From positions 124,001-188,000 of the IMG/VR virus record IMGVR_UViG_3300037882_003354: DNA of 64,000 nucleotides. One strand, 5' to 3'. Shown here piece by piece: positions 34,840 to 44,425 of this stretch. The notes beneath the pieces were generated by a model that had not been told where the DNA came from, made no database searches, and saw nothing but the letters and a program-made list of their open reading frames with translations. Within the stretch, counting starts at the first letter, position 1; the number at the start of each line of letters is the position of its first letter. Position numbers and translations under genes: made by a program.

Positions 34840-35430
34840 TTATTTCCTTGTTTGGGCTGATGCCAACACAGTTCCTGCGTCTGCAGGGGTATCAGTATTA
34901 TACTTGGCTGGGCCGTCTGTGGGGATTTCTTCCCCACGAGCCTTGCGTTGCAACTTTAGCAGAGCGTTGAGTTCTTTGACAAACTCACCGTTGTATTTGT
35001 CACCATAGTAATCTTCAAACTTGGGACTGCCTGCTTCTTTATAATCAGGATCATCAAGCAGTGCACCGGTGCGTGGCTCCACCAGAGTTTGATATTCTTC
35101 ACTGGGCTCGCCAGGACGACGAACTACTAAATTTTGTTTGCTCACTTCTAGGCCAGCGGCCAAATATTCTGTAAGTTCCTGCTGAGTGGTGGGATACTGC
35201 AAGCTGACTTCGTAGATGCTGACTTCGCAATTCTTGACCTGCGGGAAGTCCAAGGGCAGTGCCTGAATGGGAGTCTTGCTCACCTTCTTGAACACATTGA
35301 CTTCAAATCGTTCCAGCATGGATTTCAATTTTTCTTCTTGTTCAGAGGTAAAGTCGCCTGCTACCTTGACTCGAAAGTCATATGTTTTACCAGAGGTAGA
35401 TTCTGAGAGATAGTCGAGGAATGTTTTCAT
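34840..35430 (-). CDS. hypothetical virion-associated protein
   Basis: MKTFLDYLSE start typical of T4-like head proteins; late box upstream. Confidence 0.7.
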   Translation of the reverse strand: MKTFLDYLSESTSGKTYDFRVKVAGDFTSEQEEKLKSMLERFEVNVFKKVSKTPIQALPLDFPQVKNCEVSIYEVSLQYPTTQQELTEYLAAGLEVSKQNLVVRRPGEPSEEYQTLVEPRTGALLDDPDYKEAGSPKFEDYYGDKYNGEFVKELNALLKLQRKARGEEIPTDGPAKYNTDTPADAGTVLASAQTRK

Positions 35431-35437
35431 AGTGCTT

Positions 35438-35920
35438 TTATTTATTCAAATTCTTTAATTTTTCCAGAATACTATTACGGTCAGTGAGAATATAACCCTG
35501 ACCTTCCACAGTTTCTCCGGTTTCTGTGCCATGTTTTTTGTCTATGGCCAGCTTCTTCAGCTGTAGGTCAACCATTTTTAACTTCTTGTCTATCTTGGCA
35601 CTCTTGGCCTGTATGGCAGCGTTCATCATGTTGGCTGCCACTTCAAACATTCTGGCACCATACCGGGCCTCCACATTCATGCCCAGGTCCATGAGATCGT
35701 CGTATGCTTGCTCGGCCTTGGATGCCAGATCGTCAAATTCTTGATCGCTGAGATCGCCCAGACCAGTTACCCTGGGCAATGCTGCAGAAATTTTGTCAAA
35801 TTCTTCCAGTTGATCTTGTAGATTGATTGCAGGTACCACCTCTGTGGCCTTGGCATTGTTTTTAATCAAGGGCTCATTATTGGGCGGTAAATCCAAAAGT
35901 TCTTCTAATTTTCGAGTCAT
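35438..35920 (-). CDS. putative terminase small subunit (gp16-like)
   Basis: helical; ARMFEVA...KLKMVDLQLKK resembles gp16 PRxYEV...KL.DLQ; near terL. Confidence 0.5.
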   Translation of the reverse strand: MTRKLEELLDLPPNNEPLIKNNAKATEVVPAINLQDQLEEFDKISAALPRVTGLGDLSDQEFDDLASKAEQAYDDLMDLGMNVEARYGARMFEVAANMMNAAIQAKSAKIDKKLKMVDLQLKKLAIDKKHGTETGETVEGQGYILTDRNSILEKLKNLNK

Positions 35921-35928
35921 GTGTGTAC

Positions 35929-36372
35929 TTATCGTGTCTTAGCGCCGCCGTGAAAAATATCGCCCTCACTGATAATTCTAAATTTAATTCCCTGCTGCTT
36001 GCACCAGTTGTTGGCCGCCGCCCACTTGGCTTGATTTTTAACAAACTGCGCCTGGTTGTAGGGATTCTTGCCCACTTTTTCTTTCAGAGTCTGGTTGAGT
36101 GGTTTGATTTCTATGAGTTCCACATGCTTGACCTGGTTTCGATCGATGTAGGTGATTAAAAAATCAGGCACATACACAGTCTGCTTGCCAGTCAGCGGAT
36201 CCCTGTAGGGAATACGCACGCACTCACTGGCCCACTGCTGTATGCTGGGGTTATTGTCACAAAACGTCATGAAAGACAATTCCCAACCGCTGCGGAATGT
36301 GGGCTGTCGTGTGCCCATGTATTTGTCTGGATTTTTAACCTTGTATATACCCTGATTAAACTTGAGACTCAT
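35929..36372 (-). CDS. head completion nuclease-like protein (gp4-like)
   Basis: FRSGWE..FM.FCD.NP, WASE..IPY, YVPDF, IEIKP, KW.AA..WC. Confidence 0.85.
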   Translation of the reverse strand: MSLKFNQGIYKVKNPDKYMGTRQPTFRSGWELSFMTFCDNNPSIQQWASECVRIPYRDPLTGKQTVYVPDFLITYIDRNQVKHVELIEIKPLNQTLKEKVGKNPYNQAQFVKNQAKWAAANNWCKQQGIKFRIISEGDIFHGGAKTR

Positions 36373-36749
36373 GCTATGACGTTTCTGACCACTTCCTGAT
36401 ATGGTGTAAATTCCAGCGCGTATCCTAGAAAACTTGTCTTAAACCTATTGAAGTTGACAATCTCTGAAACCAGCGCACTGATTTCCACACTGTCTAGTCC
36501 TTTGAGTGTGTCCAGGATGGTCATGGGATTGTAACCGTCAATTTTTGCCTGCTTCATGATGATCACCGTGATGGATTCTGAAGATGATTCATCAAAACCC
36601 CTGCTGGTAAAAAAGCCCTTGATGGCATCGAAGTTAACTGCACTCAGCTCAAATGGGGTGTCAAAGTAAGCATCAAAGGCACGGAGTGTGACGCGGCTGC
36701 TGTTGGGCACGCTGCTGTTGGGTATGTTGTTGAATTGATTGGTTGCCAT
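36369..36749 (-). CDS. hypothetical protein
   Basis: GGAGG SD before MATNQF at 36749. Confidence 0.7.
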   Translation of the reverse strand: MATNQFNNIPNSSVPNSSRVTLRAFDAYFDTPFELSAVNFDAIKGFFTSRGFDESSSESITVIIMKQAKIDGYNPMTILDTLKGLDSVEISALVSEIVNFNRFKTSFLGYALEFTPYQEVVRNVIA

Positions 36750-36753
36750 GGAT

Positions 36754-38001
36754 TTATCCTCCAGTAATCTTGGATTCTGTGGCAGGTGTTGTGCCGTTGG
36801 TGCTGCTGTTTTTGTCAGCAAAAATATTGATGCCAACTCTGCCAAGTTGTCCTATGCCAGACTGACTCAATCCTTGTTCAGCCGCTCCACGAGTACCACC
36901 TGGTTGATTGCCGGTGGCCTGTATGTTGCCCAGCACCCCGGATACAATACTGTATCCTTCTGTTTTAAGATTTAAATTTTTTGCATTTTTAACTACATTG
37001 ACGCCCTGTACAACTGCTGCCAGGTAATTGGGATCATCACTGCTCAGGTTGCCAAATACTGAAGCCGCGCCCGCCAAGACTCCGCCGGCCCCAAACAGAG
37101 TGTTGGTTCCGTTTCCACCCACACTCAGTGGGCTGGGGCTGGTGTCGTAGTACACTGCTGTAAACTTTGATGACTCATCACCGCTGGTGATTGCCCCAGA
37201 TTTATACAATACATCTTCGTATGCCACAGTCATTTTATTTTGTAATATTTTAGCGCCATCGTTTTGATCCAAATTATCATGAGCCCAGTCTGTGACCAGG
37301 GGATTTATCAATGTTATTTGAGTGAACTTCTGCTGGTGCAACACGTATATGTCTATGCTTTTAAAAAATGGAATGGATTGCGAATTACTCAGACCGTAGG
37401 CATAATCGGTGGTGCCATACTTGGTGTCTCCAAATGCAGTGGGCACACCTGTGGCACCTGAAGTTGCACCTGGCGATCTACCGCGACCACCGCGCAATGT
37501 GTTCAGTACATTGCTGGCTACGCCTTCTAAAAAGCCCGCGGGCTTGTCGCCACCATTGTTTGCCGGGGCCGTGGTCAGCTGGCCGTAATTACTGTCGGAA
37601 AAATAATATCTGTAGTAGTTGATCCATAAATTGTTGGTTATGTCGCTGTTGTCGTCATGGAAATCCATGCTGACTGGTTGATATGTTAGTTTGGATTGCA
37701 CCACGGTTTTTCTGTTATATTGATTCAGCGTCTCTGTGGTAATGTTAAACTTGGGCAAATCAATTTTTTTAACCAGCAACCCAATGTCCTGAACACCGCC
37801 CTTCTGCAACCACTGTGCATTTCCCACTGCCTCGGTGTTGACATTAAAACTGACAAAATATAGGAATCCGTGCTTGGGCGACCGGGCATAGGTGTTCCTG
37901 ACATACAGGCGATCAGCATGTTGATAGTCTTTGAGGTCGCCGGTGGTTCCAAAAAACCCACTGGAAACACCGCTTAAAAAATTTGTGAAGGCATTACTCA
38001 T
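36754..38001 (-). CDS. tail-tube-fold baseplate protein (gp48/gp54-like)
   Basis: LVKKIDLP, NQYNRK, Y.PV.MDFHDD, TLINP tube-like motifs; adjacent to the tube gene. Confidence 0.65.
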   Translation of the reverse strand: MSNAFTNFLSGVSSGFFGTTGDLKDYQHADRLYVRNTYARSPKHGFLYFVSFNVNTEAVGNAQWLQKGGVQDIGLLVKKIDLPKFNITTETLNQYNRKTVVQSKLTYQPVSMDFHDDNSDITNNLWINYYRYYFSDSNYGQLTTAPANNGGDKPAGFLEGVASNVLNTLRGGRGRSPGATSGATGVPTAFGDTKYGTTDYAYGLSNSQSIPFFKSIDIYVLHQQKFTQITLINPLVTDWAHDNLDQNDGAKILQNKMTVAYEDVLYKSGAITSGDESSKFTAVYYDTSPSPLSVGGNGTNTLFGAGGVLAGAASVFGNLSSDDPNYLAAVVQGVNVVKNAKNLNLKTEGYSIVSGVLGNIQATGNQPGGTRGAAEQGLSQSGIGQLGRVGINIFADKNSSTNGTTPATESKITGG

Positions 38002-38015
38002 GATAATATTTAGTC

Positions 38016-38044
38016 AAAGAAAAAGGCCTGGTTGCCCAGGCCTT
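38016..38044 (-). terminator. rho-independent terminator, GCAA loop
   Basis: AAGGCCTGG-GCAA-CCAGGCCTT-TTTCTTT after the tail tube gene. Confidence 0.85.
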
Positions 38045-38061
38045 GGTGTGGGGCGTGAGCT

Positions 38062-38697
38062 TTAACCGCCCACTGCCAGTGTACGTACAGTACGACCAAC
38101 TGATGCACCCAGTCCGGTTGGGTTGCCTGAACCGTCGACTTGGATGGCATTGTCATAGCAAACAGTCAATGCAATGTCCATGATGTCTGTTGACGAATTG
38201 TAGTCGCCACCTTGATAGGTGGCACCTTGTAACCAGCACCCGTGGAACTCAAATGTTTCCAAGGTGTTGGGTGTGTAGGCACCATTACCACCGTCCAGTA
38301 TTTCCACTCTCATCATGAACTTGTAGTCAATACCTGATGCTGCACCACTTTGTTCAAAGAAGTCGAATTGCTTTTGCAGTTGCTCGCCCACTTTCTTGGT
38401 AACTGCGTTGGTAACGTCGTCACGCAGAGTTAATTTGGCATTGGCAAAAGAGTGTTTTCCAGCTATCTTGACAGTGCTGTTATAAACACCCAGTTTGATT
38501 TCGTCAAAAGAAATCTCAGGGCGTGTGACATTCATCACCTGTTTGGTTAATTCCGTAGTAGGAGTACCTGCCACACCGAATCCATCCATGGTCACGCGAA
38601 AGCGATACTTGAGTTTGGGCATGAGCAGACCCTGAGAGGTTGAACTCTGATTGGTGGCTAATGGTACTGAAAATTTGCTTAGACTTGAGATTGGCAT
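38062..38697 (-). CDS. tail tube protein (gp19-like)
   Basis: PKLKYRFRV, VTRPEISF, IAGKH, LRDD, GCW, YDNA; follows the sheath gene. Confidence 0.85.
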   Translation of the reverse strand: MPISSLSKFSVPLATNQSSTSQGLLMPKLKYRFRVTMDGFGVAGTPTTELTKQVMNVTRPEISFDEIKLGVYNSTVKIAGKHSFANAKLTLRDDVTNAVTKKVGEQLQKQFDFFEQSGAASGIDYKFMMRVEILDGGNGAYTPNTLETFEFHGCWLQGATYQGGDYNSSTDIMDIALTVCYDNAIQVDGSGNPTGLGASVGRTVRTLAVGG

Positions 38698-38727
38698 AAA
38701 TGCTCCTTATTCTTTATATTGTTCTGA

Positions 38728-41700
38728 TTAACCTAAATTTCCAGATGCTATTTCACCAGTGTTGAGCAATCTCAATGGAATGTAAATAAATTCCACTGCT
38801 TTGACTGGTTCAATGGCAACGTCCACCCAGAGTTCTGATCGGTCAATTCTAGCAGGCGTATTGTTGGAAGTGTCGCAGACCACAATGAAGTCGTACAATG
38901 CGCGTTGTCCCACCAATTCCACCAGTAGACTTTCCACGGCTGCTTTAATTTCATTGCGCGTTTGTGCATCGTTGGGTTCAAACAAGTAAGGCTTGGCCAG
39001 TATGCCCAGTTGCTGACGTAGGTAGCAGACCAGTCTGGCCACATTGATACGATCCAGGGACGATGCATTCTTGGCGCGTGTATACTGACCAAAGTTAACA
39101 AGTCCCACACCTGGCAATGTTGCGATGGGGTTGATCTTGACATCGTGCATGACATTGCGCAGGCCTTCATACAAGGATGCAGTCTTGAACTCACCTTCGC
39201 TGGTGATGTATCCCACAGATGTGGCATTGTCAACACCGCCGCGGCGAGTACCAGCCGGTGCAAACCATGGATAACTGACATTGTCGCTGTTAAGGATGGT
39301 GCGCAATATCATGTGACTTGGCGGAACAACAATGTTGTTGCCTGCGTTATCTGTGGTGAATCCGCTGGGGTAGAACATGCCCATGTAACTGTCATAGCTC
39401 ACAGCACCATCGTCGCCGTTGTCAAAAGCCAGGGCTGCATTGTTACCCCAGTTGCTTAGTTCAGTGGCAGTGGGTTCCAATCTAAATGGGGTGTCGCCCA
39501 CAACAAATGCAGTCTGTCCACGGTCTGTGTTGAATGCCACCATGTTCTGTATGACTTCTGGATAACCAGGACAGGCAATCAAGTTAAACATCAGCGCGTC
39601 GGTGTCTCGAACTGCTTCGTTTGTATCAATGGTGGCCTTGAGTTTGGACACCACATATCCGCGTTGGGCAAGACGTCCAAACTTACCGCTGCCGTCTTCA
39701 TTGTTGGCACTCACTGTGACCCAACGATCTGGGGAATAGCCGGCCATGGGATCGTTTGCAAATCGAAGGTTTGATCCGTTGTTGGCGTTAACGTTGATGT
39801 GGCCAGCCATGAACTGTTTGACATTAAATCCGCTGCGACGCAGATTCCACAGTCGTGTGCCCCTGGGGTACAGACGTGGGTCCACGCAATCTGGATCCAC
39901 ATAGTTGCTGGACAGCAGGTCAGTAATGGCCGTCACCGTCTCTGGACCGGTCGCACCAGCATCGCTCCAACGTGCATCTGCAAACACCCAGCCGGTGGGG
40001 CTGGTCTGATCTGCAACATCCTGCAGCACCCATTCGAGCAAATCTCTGTCCCAGACATAGATATGACGTCCATACATGTCAGGATCTGATGTGTCAATCC
40101 AGATGTCACCAGTCACTAGATCGGTTCCATCGCTTTGTACAGTGGGCTTGGTGGCGCTAATGATGGGGCCGTTGGGATCAGAAGTGGCAAATGCATTCCG
40201 ATACCCAATCCAACGGGTGCCTTCATTGTACATGATGTCCACAGATTCCATATTGCTGTCATACCACAACTTGCCGTCAACTGGTTTGGTCGTGGGAGTA
40301 GTACCCGTCGCCTGGTAAACCAATGGCTTCCAGTTGCTGGCTGAGAAATCATACCCATCACCCTGAGGTGCCTGATACAAATTAACTGTTCCTGATTTGT
40401 TCACAGGATCGTATGCAGCAAATCCCGCAATGTCCAAGGGCGTTCCCACGCCGTCCAGCAGTTGGAAATCGCCGCCCAGCTTGTGCGTCAGGGTCAATCT
40501 GTTGGTCACAAGATCATAGTTAGCGGTGATATTTTGCAGTGCAGAGTTGCTAATGCCCACTGTAATTTGCGAGGCTACACTGGCAATACTTGATCCGGGA
40601 ACAGTAATAACAATATCATTGCTCCAGTCGGTGTCACTGGCCAGTGTTTCCCTGATGGTAAACTCTGATGAAACTCCATTTGTGGCTGTGGAAGCATCGC
40701 TGACTATCACAGTGGCGCCTGAATTACTTCTTCTCCAGAGTTTAAATCCTGCGGCTGGACCAACATCCAGACCATAGTGCTCAGGATCAGATTCAACAAA
40801 CAGTGTGCCCACTGCAATATTTTTGCCGCCGCCTGCATAGTCGATCTTTTCCAGTGCTTGACGAGCGCTGTCGTAGACTGGTGCATTGATACTGGTCCAT
40901 GCTTGTGTGCTGCCATTGTAATATTTCACCATCCAGTTGGCACCAAGGCCCGGCGTGGTTGTCTTGATCCACACGCTGCCAGTTACAGCTGAGTTGCCCG
41001 TGCTGGTGGTGAAGTCAGGATAATCATAATGCGGCGCAACAGTCAACTTCTTGGTGGCCGATTCGTCCCATAAATTTCCAGTATTCGATGAAACTTCCAC
41101 CCAGTTGGTGGCAGTCCTGTAGTAAAGTGCATTGGTGTTGTTGGATGTGACCACCATGGCGTAATCGCCGCGGTTGCCAAAACCTGACTTGGGACTATAC
41201 ACATCGGAAACTAGGTCAGCAACCACATCCTTGTTACTGTCATCGATGATCAAGGGCGTCTTGGTGGTAAATTTTTGTGTGACTGCGTCCCATTCGTTGA
41301 TACCAAACAGGCTGTTTTTAGTGTCCACCCAATAAGTGCCGCTGACTGGATCCCCAGCCGGCACGCTGGTGGTGGGCGACAATTCGGCTAGGTCAACATC
41401 GGCACGAACTACATATGCTCTGGAACTAACACCCAGCAAACTGTAGGCAGTCTGCAATCCGTATTCATTCAATTCACCGCCGTGAATTGGGTTGCCGTTA
41501 TTGGTGTAAAACAGCGGAGTACCAAATGTATCGGAAAGATCACGCTGACTGGTGATGGCCCAAACTTTACCCAAATTAGCAGCAGTGGTGCCTTGGGCAG
41601 TGCCACTGGCTGATGCATTGCTCTTGTCTTGCGCAGTTGCAACAAAGATGAGTGGCACTGTGCCGGGGGCTGCGGGGGTGTAAAAACTCTCGTCAACGAC

Positions 41701-41736
41701 TGTTACTTGTACGCCGGGTGAACCTAATGTGGCCAT
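38728..41736 (-). CDS. tail sheath protein (gp18-like)
   Basis: SPGVQVTVVDES, PWFAPAGTRRG, INPI, LDRINVARL, FEPND..TR, PVKAVEFIYI. Confidence 0.93.
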   Translation of the reverse strand: MATLGSPGVQVTVVDESFYTPAAPGTVPLIFVATAQDKSNASASGTAQGTTAANLGKVWAITSQRDLSDTFGTPLFYTNNGNPIHGGELNEYGLQTAYSLLGVSSRAYVVRADVDLAELSPTTSVPAGDPVSGTYWVDTKNSLFGINEWDAVTQKFTTKTPLIIDDSNKDVVADLVSDVYSPKSGFGNRGDYAMVVTSNNTNALYYRTATNWVEVSSNTGNLWDESATKKLTVAPHYDYPDFTTSTGNSAVTGSVWIKTTTPGLGANWMVKYYNGSTQAWTSINAPVYDSARQALEKIDYAGGGKNIAVGTLFVESDPEHYGLDVGPAAGFKLWRRSNSGATVIVSDASTATNGVSSEFTIRETLASDTDWSNDIVITVPGSSIASVASQITVGISNSALQNITANYDLVTNRLTLTHKLGGDFQLLDGVGTPLDIAGFAAYDPVNKSGTVNLYQAPQGDGYDFSASNWKPLVYQATGTTPTTKPVDGKLWYDSNMESVDIMYNEGTRWIGYRNAFATSDPNGPIISATKPTVQSDGTDLVTGDIWIDTSDPDMYGRHIYVWDRDLLEWVLQDVADQTSPTGWVFADARWSDAGATGPETVTAITDLLSSNYVDPDCVDPRLYPRGTRLWNLRRSGFNVKQFMAGHINVNANNGSNLRFANDPMAGYSPDRWVTVSANNEDGSGKFGRLAQRGYVVSKLKATIDTNEAVRDTDALMFNLIACPGYPEVIQNMVAFNTDRGQTAFVVGDTPFRLEPTATELSNWGNNAALAFDNGDDGAVSYDSYMGMFYPSGFTTDNAGNNIVVPPSHMILRTILNSDNVSYPWFAPAGTRRGGVDNATSVGYITSEGEFKTASLYEGLRNVMHDVKINPIATLPGVGLVNFGQYTRAKNASSLDRINVARLVCYLRQQLGILAKPYLFEPNDAQTRNEIKAAVESLLVELVGQRALYDFIVVCDTSNNTPARIDRSELWVDVAIEPVKAVEFIYIPLRLLNTGEIASGNLG

Positions 41737-41837
41737 GTTTTAAATCTCCTTAATTGGATTACTTTGTTTTATTTAGCAACTATGTTCAAAAATCTCTGGA
41801 TTAAATACCCAAAAAGGTATACAAAAAGGGCGCATGT

Positions 41838-42176
41838 ATGAGAAAATTATGTAAACTGTGCAACGAACGTCCACAAGCCATCAACTACCACAAGCATGGG
41901 GTGGTGCACTACAGATCAAAGTGTGATCATTGCAACAGCGGACGAAAGAAAGGGCGGTCGCCCTGGGAGTTGTCGGGATATAAGAAAAAGTCAATATGCG
42001 AGAGGTGTGGCTATCTGTCCAAATATTCCGAACAGTTTAATGTATTCCATATTGACGGACACTTGAACAATTGTAGGTACACCAACCTAAAAACAGTATG
42101 TGCCAATTGTCAGCGTATCTTGCATCGTGACGGTGCAAAATGGCGGCAGGGCGATCTAGTCCCTGATAAGATTTAA
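41838..42176 (+). CDS. HNH-like zinc-binding protein
   Basis: CKLC, CDHC, CERCG, VFHIDGHLNN...NLKTVCANC. Confidence 0.75.
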   Translation: MRKLCKLCNERPQAINYHKHGVVHYRSKCDHCNSGRKKGRSPWELSGYKKKSICERCGYLSKYSEQFNVFHIDGHLNNCRYTNLKTVCANCQRILHRDGAKWRQGDLVPDKI

Positions 42177-42914
42177 CCGCAGTTTTTCTACGAAACAATA
42201 ATTCACGTAGTGATTAGTTTTAGTGTCCACGATATAATTCAGGATGGCTTGATTGGATGTTATCCATCGTTCAAACGCATACCTGTAAGTGGGCCCCACA
42301 GGCTCGTAATATGCTTCGGTATCCAGTGGATCTGACAGTGTCCGAATGTGACTTGATTTTGACCACCAGTAGTTGCCACTCATCACAAGATCACTAGAGA
42401 TGGCATCGCGAACACCTGATACATCATGGTCCTGCAACTTTCTCACATGATGTGTCCATTCTTTGATGACAAAATGGTCCAGTACTTCTTTCCAATTGGT
42501 GGTGGTGGCCACTGGAGAATAGTTGGTAATACCCTTGCTGTGCAGGTAAAGAAAATATGCATCCACTTGGCAAGCGCGTTGTTGTAGCAATTTTAAAGTT
42601 TTACCTTCATACGTATTGGGCTCTGTGACGTCGCAGATGTCCACAATATTAACAAAGGGATACCTCAGGTTCACATATTCACGGATCTTGTCTTCAAAAG
42701 TCAATATCACGGATGCGTCGTCGTTTTTGGTCAGTGAAAATCCTGCAATCTCTGTCCAGTGCTTGGGCATGGTGATGGACAGGTTGACATTGGATATTTC
42801 TAATAATCTGGATTCAGCAAGTTGTGCAATAAATCCGTCTAAAAAATGCGACCATAAACAGCACTTCCAGTCACTGGGTATGTATAAATGATAAAAAATT
42901 TCTATGGGATGCAT
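42156..42914 (-). CDS. glycosyltransferase-like hypothetical protein
   Basis: YE..TL, LYLHSKG, SGNYWW...HI, R...ERWI motifs seen in phage GT-like proteins. Confidence 0.55.
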   Translation of the reverse strand: MHPIEIFYHLYIPSDWKCCLWSHFLDGFIAQLAESRLLEISNVNLSITMPKHWTEIAGFSLTKNDDASVILTFEDKIREYVNLRYPFVNIVDICDVTEPNTYEGKTLKLLQQRACQVDAYFLYLHSKGITNYSPVATTTNWKEVLDHFVIKEWTHHVRKLQDHDVSGVRDAISSDLVMSGNYWWSKSSHIRTLSDPLDTEAYYEPVGPTYRYAFERWITSNQAILNYIVDTKTNHYVNYCFVEKLRLNLIRD

Positions 42915-43540
42915 CAGGGCGCAGACATGATCAGGGATTTGAGTTGTAAAAATAACTCGTCAATGGTGCCATCGTTGGACACCGCATGATCGATGGCACC
43001 GCCCACCCAGGAGGTCTCGCTGGCATGAATGCCCAATTGTGACAATTGCCGACTGCAATCAAGATCACCGGAATTGGCTGCAACCGCCAGGTCAAACCAT
43101 GCAGGATCAGGACCCCTCTTGGTGCGAATCACCACACCCCCTGCATTATGAATTGCCTTGATTTCGTTGGGGAAACGAACATCACTGATGACAATACTGT
43201 CGTTGGTCTTGCGCATCTTGTTTTCCAGGCTGGCGATCCAGATGTCGTCGTGAAATCCTTGACGGCAAACTTCAGTGCCCCAATGTTGTAAAATCCAGCG
43301 TGGAGTTAAGTTGGGCAGGTTCAATCGCGCAGACCACCAAGGGTCCACCTGCTCTCGCCAGGCACGTGACTCTGATGTTCGCCCCTCTAATAGAGTTCGA
43401 TCCCAACCAAATATCACGCTAACCGCGTCTTTGAGAGTGTTGGCAAAACTATCACGACGAAAGCCGTGTACATTGCAGAGGTAATCTGCTGCTGTGTCTT
43501 TTCCACTGCCGATAAAACCAACTAGACCTACAATCATCAT
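42914..43540 (-). CDS. deoxynucleoside monophosphate kinase (gp1-like)
   Basis: GFIGSGKDT, SFA..LKD, PRWILQ.WGTE..R, ISDVRFPNE, HASE. Confidence 0.9.
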   Translation of the reverse strand: MMIVGLVGFIGSGKDTAADYLCNVHGFRRDSFANTLKDAVSVIFGWDRTLLEGRTSESRAWREQVDPWWSARLNLPNLTPRWILQHWGTEVCRQGFHDDIWIASLENKMRKTNDSIVISDVRFPNEIKAIHNAGGVVIRTKRGPDPAWFDLAVAANSGDLDCSRQLSQLGIHASETSWVGGAIDHAVSNDGTIDELFLQLKSLIMSAP

Positions 43541-43557
43541 ATCCCCCGTATGGGTAT

Positions 43558-43586
43558 ACTATATTGCATTCGTATTACATAGTCAA
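43558..43586 (-). promoter_or_regulatory. sigma70 promoter for the dNMP kinase
   Basis: TTGACT-17-TATAGT. Confidence 0.7.
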
Positions 43587-43603
43587 TGAGTTTTTAAAAT
43601 ATT

Positions 43604-44362
43604 TTATCCAGTGACCCAGGTGAGTGGAGTCGAACCTTCTTTGTAATTGATCAAATCTTGTTCCAGGGCTTCCATTTCAGCCTTGCCCTCTCCCTTGAGT
43701 GCAGCACCGTTGAGTTGGGTACCGCCCTGTGGGCTGGCGATGGTGGCAAATTTTTCACGAGCCTCGCCCAAGATCACCTTGCAGTTGGCCAATGCGTAAT
43801 CTTTCAACCACTGACCCGCATAGTTGTCCTGCAACAGATTGAAGTCTGGGCGATAGTTGTACATCCAGACCAGCAGTTCTTCGTCGGACCTGGGACGCTG
43901 CATGATGGTCAGCATGCGGCTGGTCTTGTTGAAGGTAAAATTAATTTCTGATCCAAACATTTTACCCACTTGCTTCTGATAACTGGCAAATGCATAATAT
44001 GTGGCCAGACCGCCCATGTTGGTGGAAGTCAACAGATAGGTGTTGGAATATGCCAGGTTAAACGGCTCGAACAGGCTGCCACCATCGCCGCCACCTGATC
44101 TGGAGCCAATACTACGACGGAACAACTGCCGGATTTCCATGACTTCCTTGGGCATGATGTAGTCATTCTGGTCCACCTGTATGGTCAGGAATCCAAAACT
44201 TTCTTCCACGGCATTGCTACTGCGCTGGCGGTACTTGGCCAGGGCACGATTTAATGCAGTTTCATAATGAATTGGGTCAAGTTCTACATCCACCATGCCG
44301 GAACCCAGCATGGCTTGCACGTACTCAACTACTTGTCGGCGAGAGTTTAGTGTTTCATCCAT
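43604..44362 (-). CDS. neck protein (gp13-like)
   Basis: LG.GMVDVEL, WLKDYALA..K..LG..R.KF, P.GG..LNG; start reassigned to 44362. Confidence 0.8.
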   Translation of the reverse strand: MDETLNSRRQVVEYVQAMLGSGMVDVELDPIHYETALNRALAKYRQRSSNAVEESFGFLTIQVDQNDYIMPKEVMEIRQLFRRSIGSRSGGGDGGSLFEPFNLAYSNTYLLTSTNMGGLATYYAFASYQKQVGKMFGSEINFTFNKTSRMLTIMQRPRSDEELLVWMYNYRPDFNLLQDNYAGQWLKDYALANCKVILGEAREKFATIASPQGGTQLNGAALKGEGKAEMEALEQDLINYKEGSTPLTWVTG

Positions 44363-44425
44363 GTCAATATTTAGTCTCAGATGTGGTCTTTCCATCTGTT
44401 ATCACTCGATTCAATAAATATAACT

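Noticed and set aside
41838-42176. Mobile homing endonuclease or intron
   Set aside because: Free-standing short ORF between intact genes; no interrupted gene or intron structure evident
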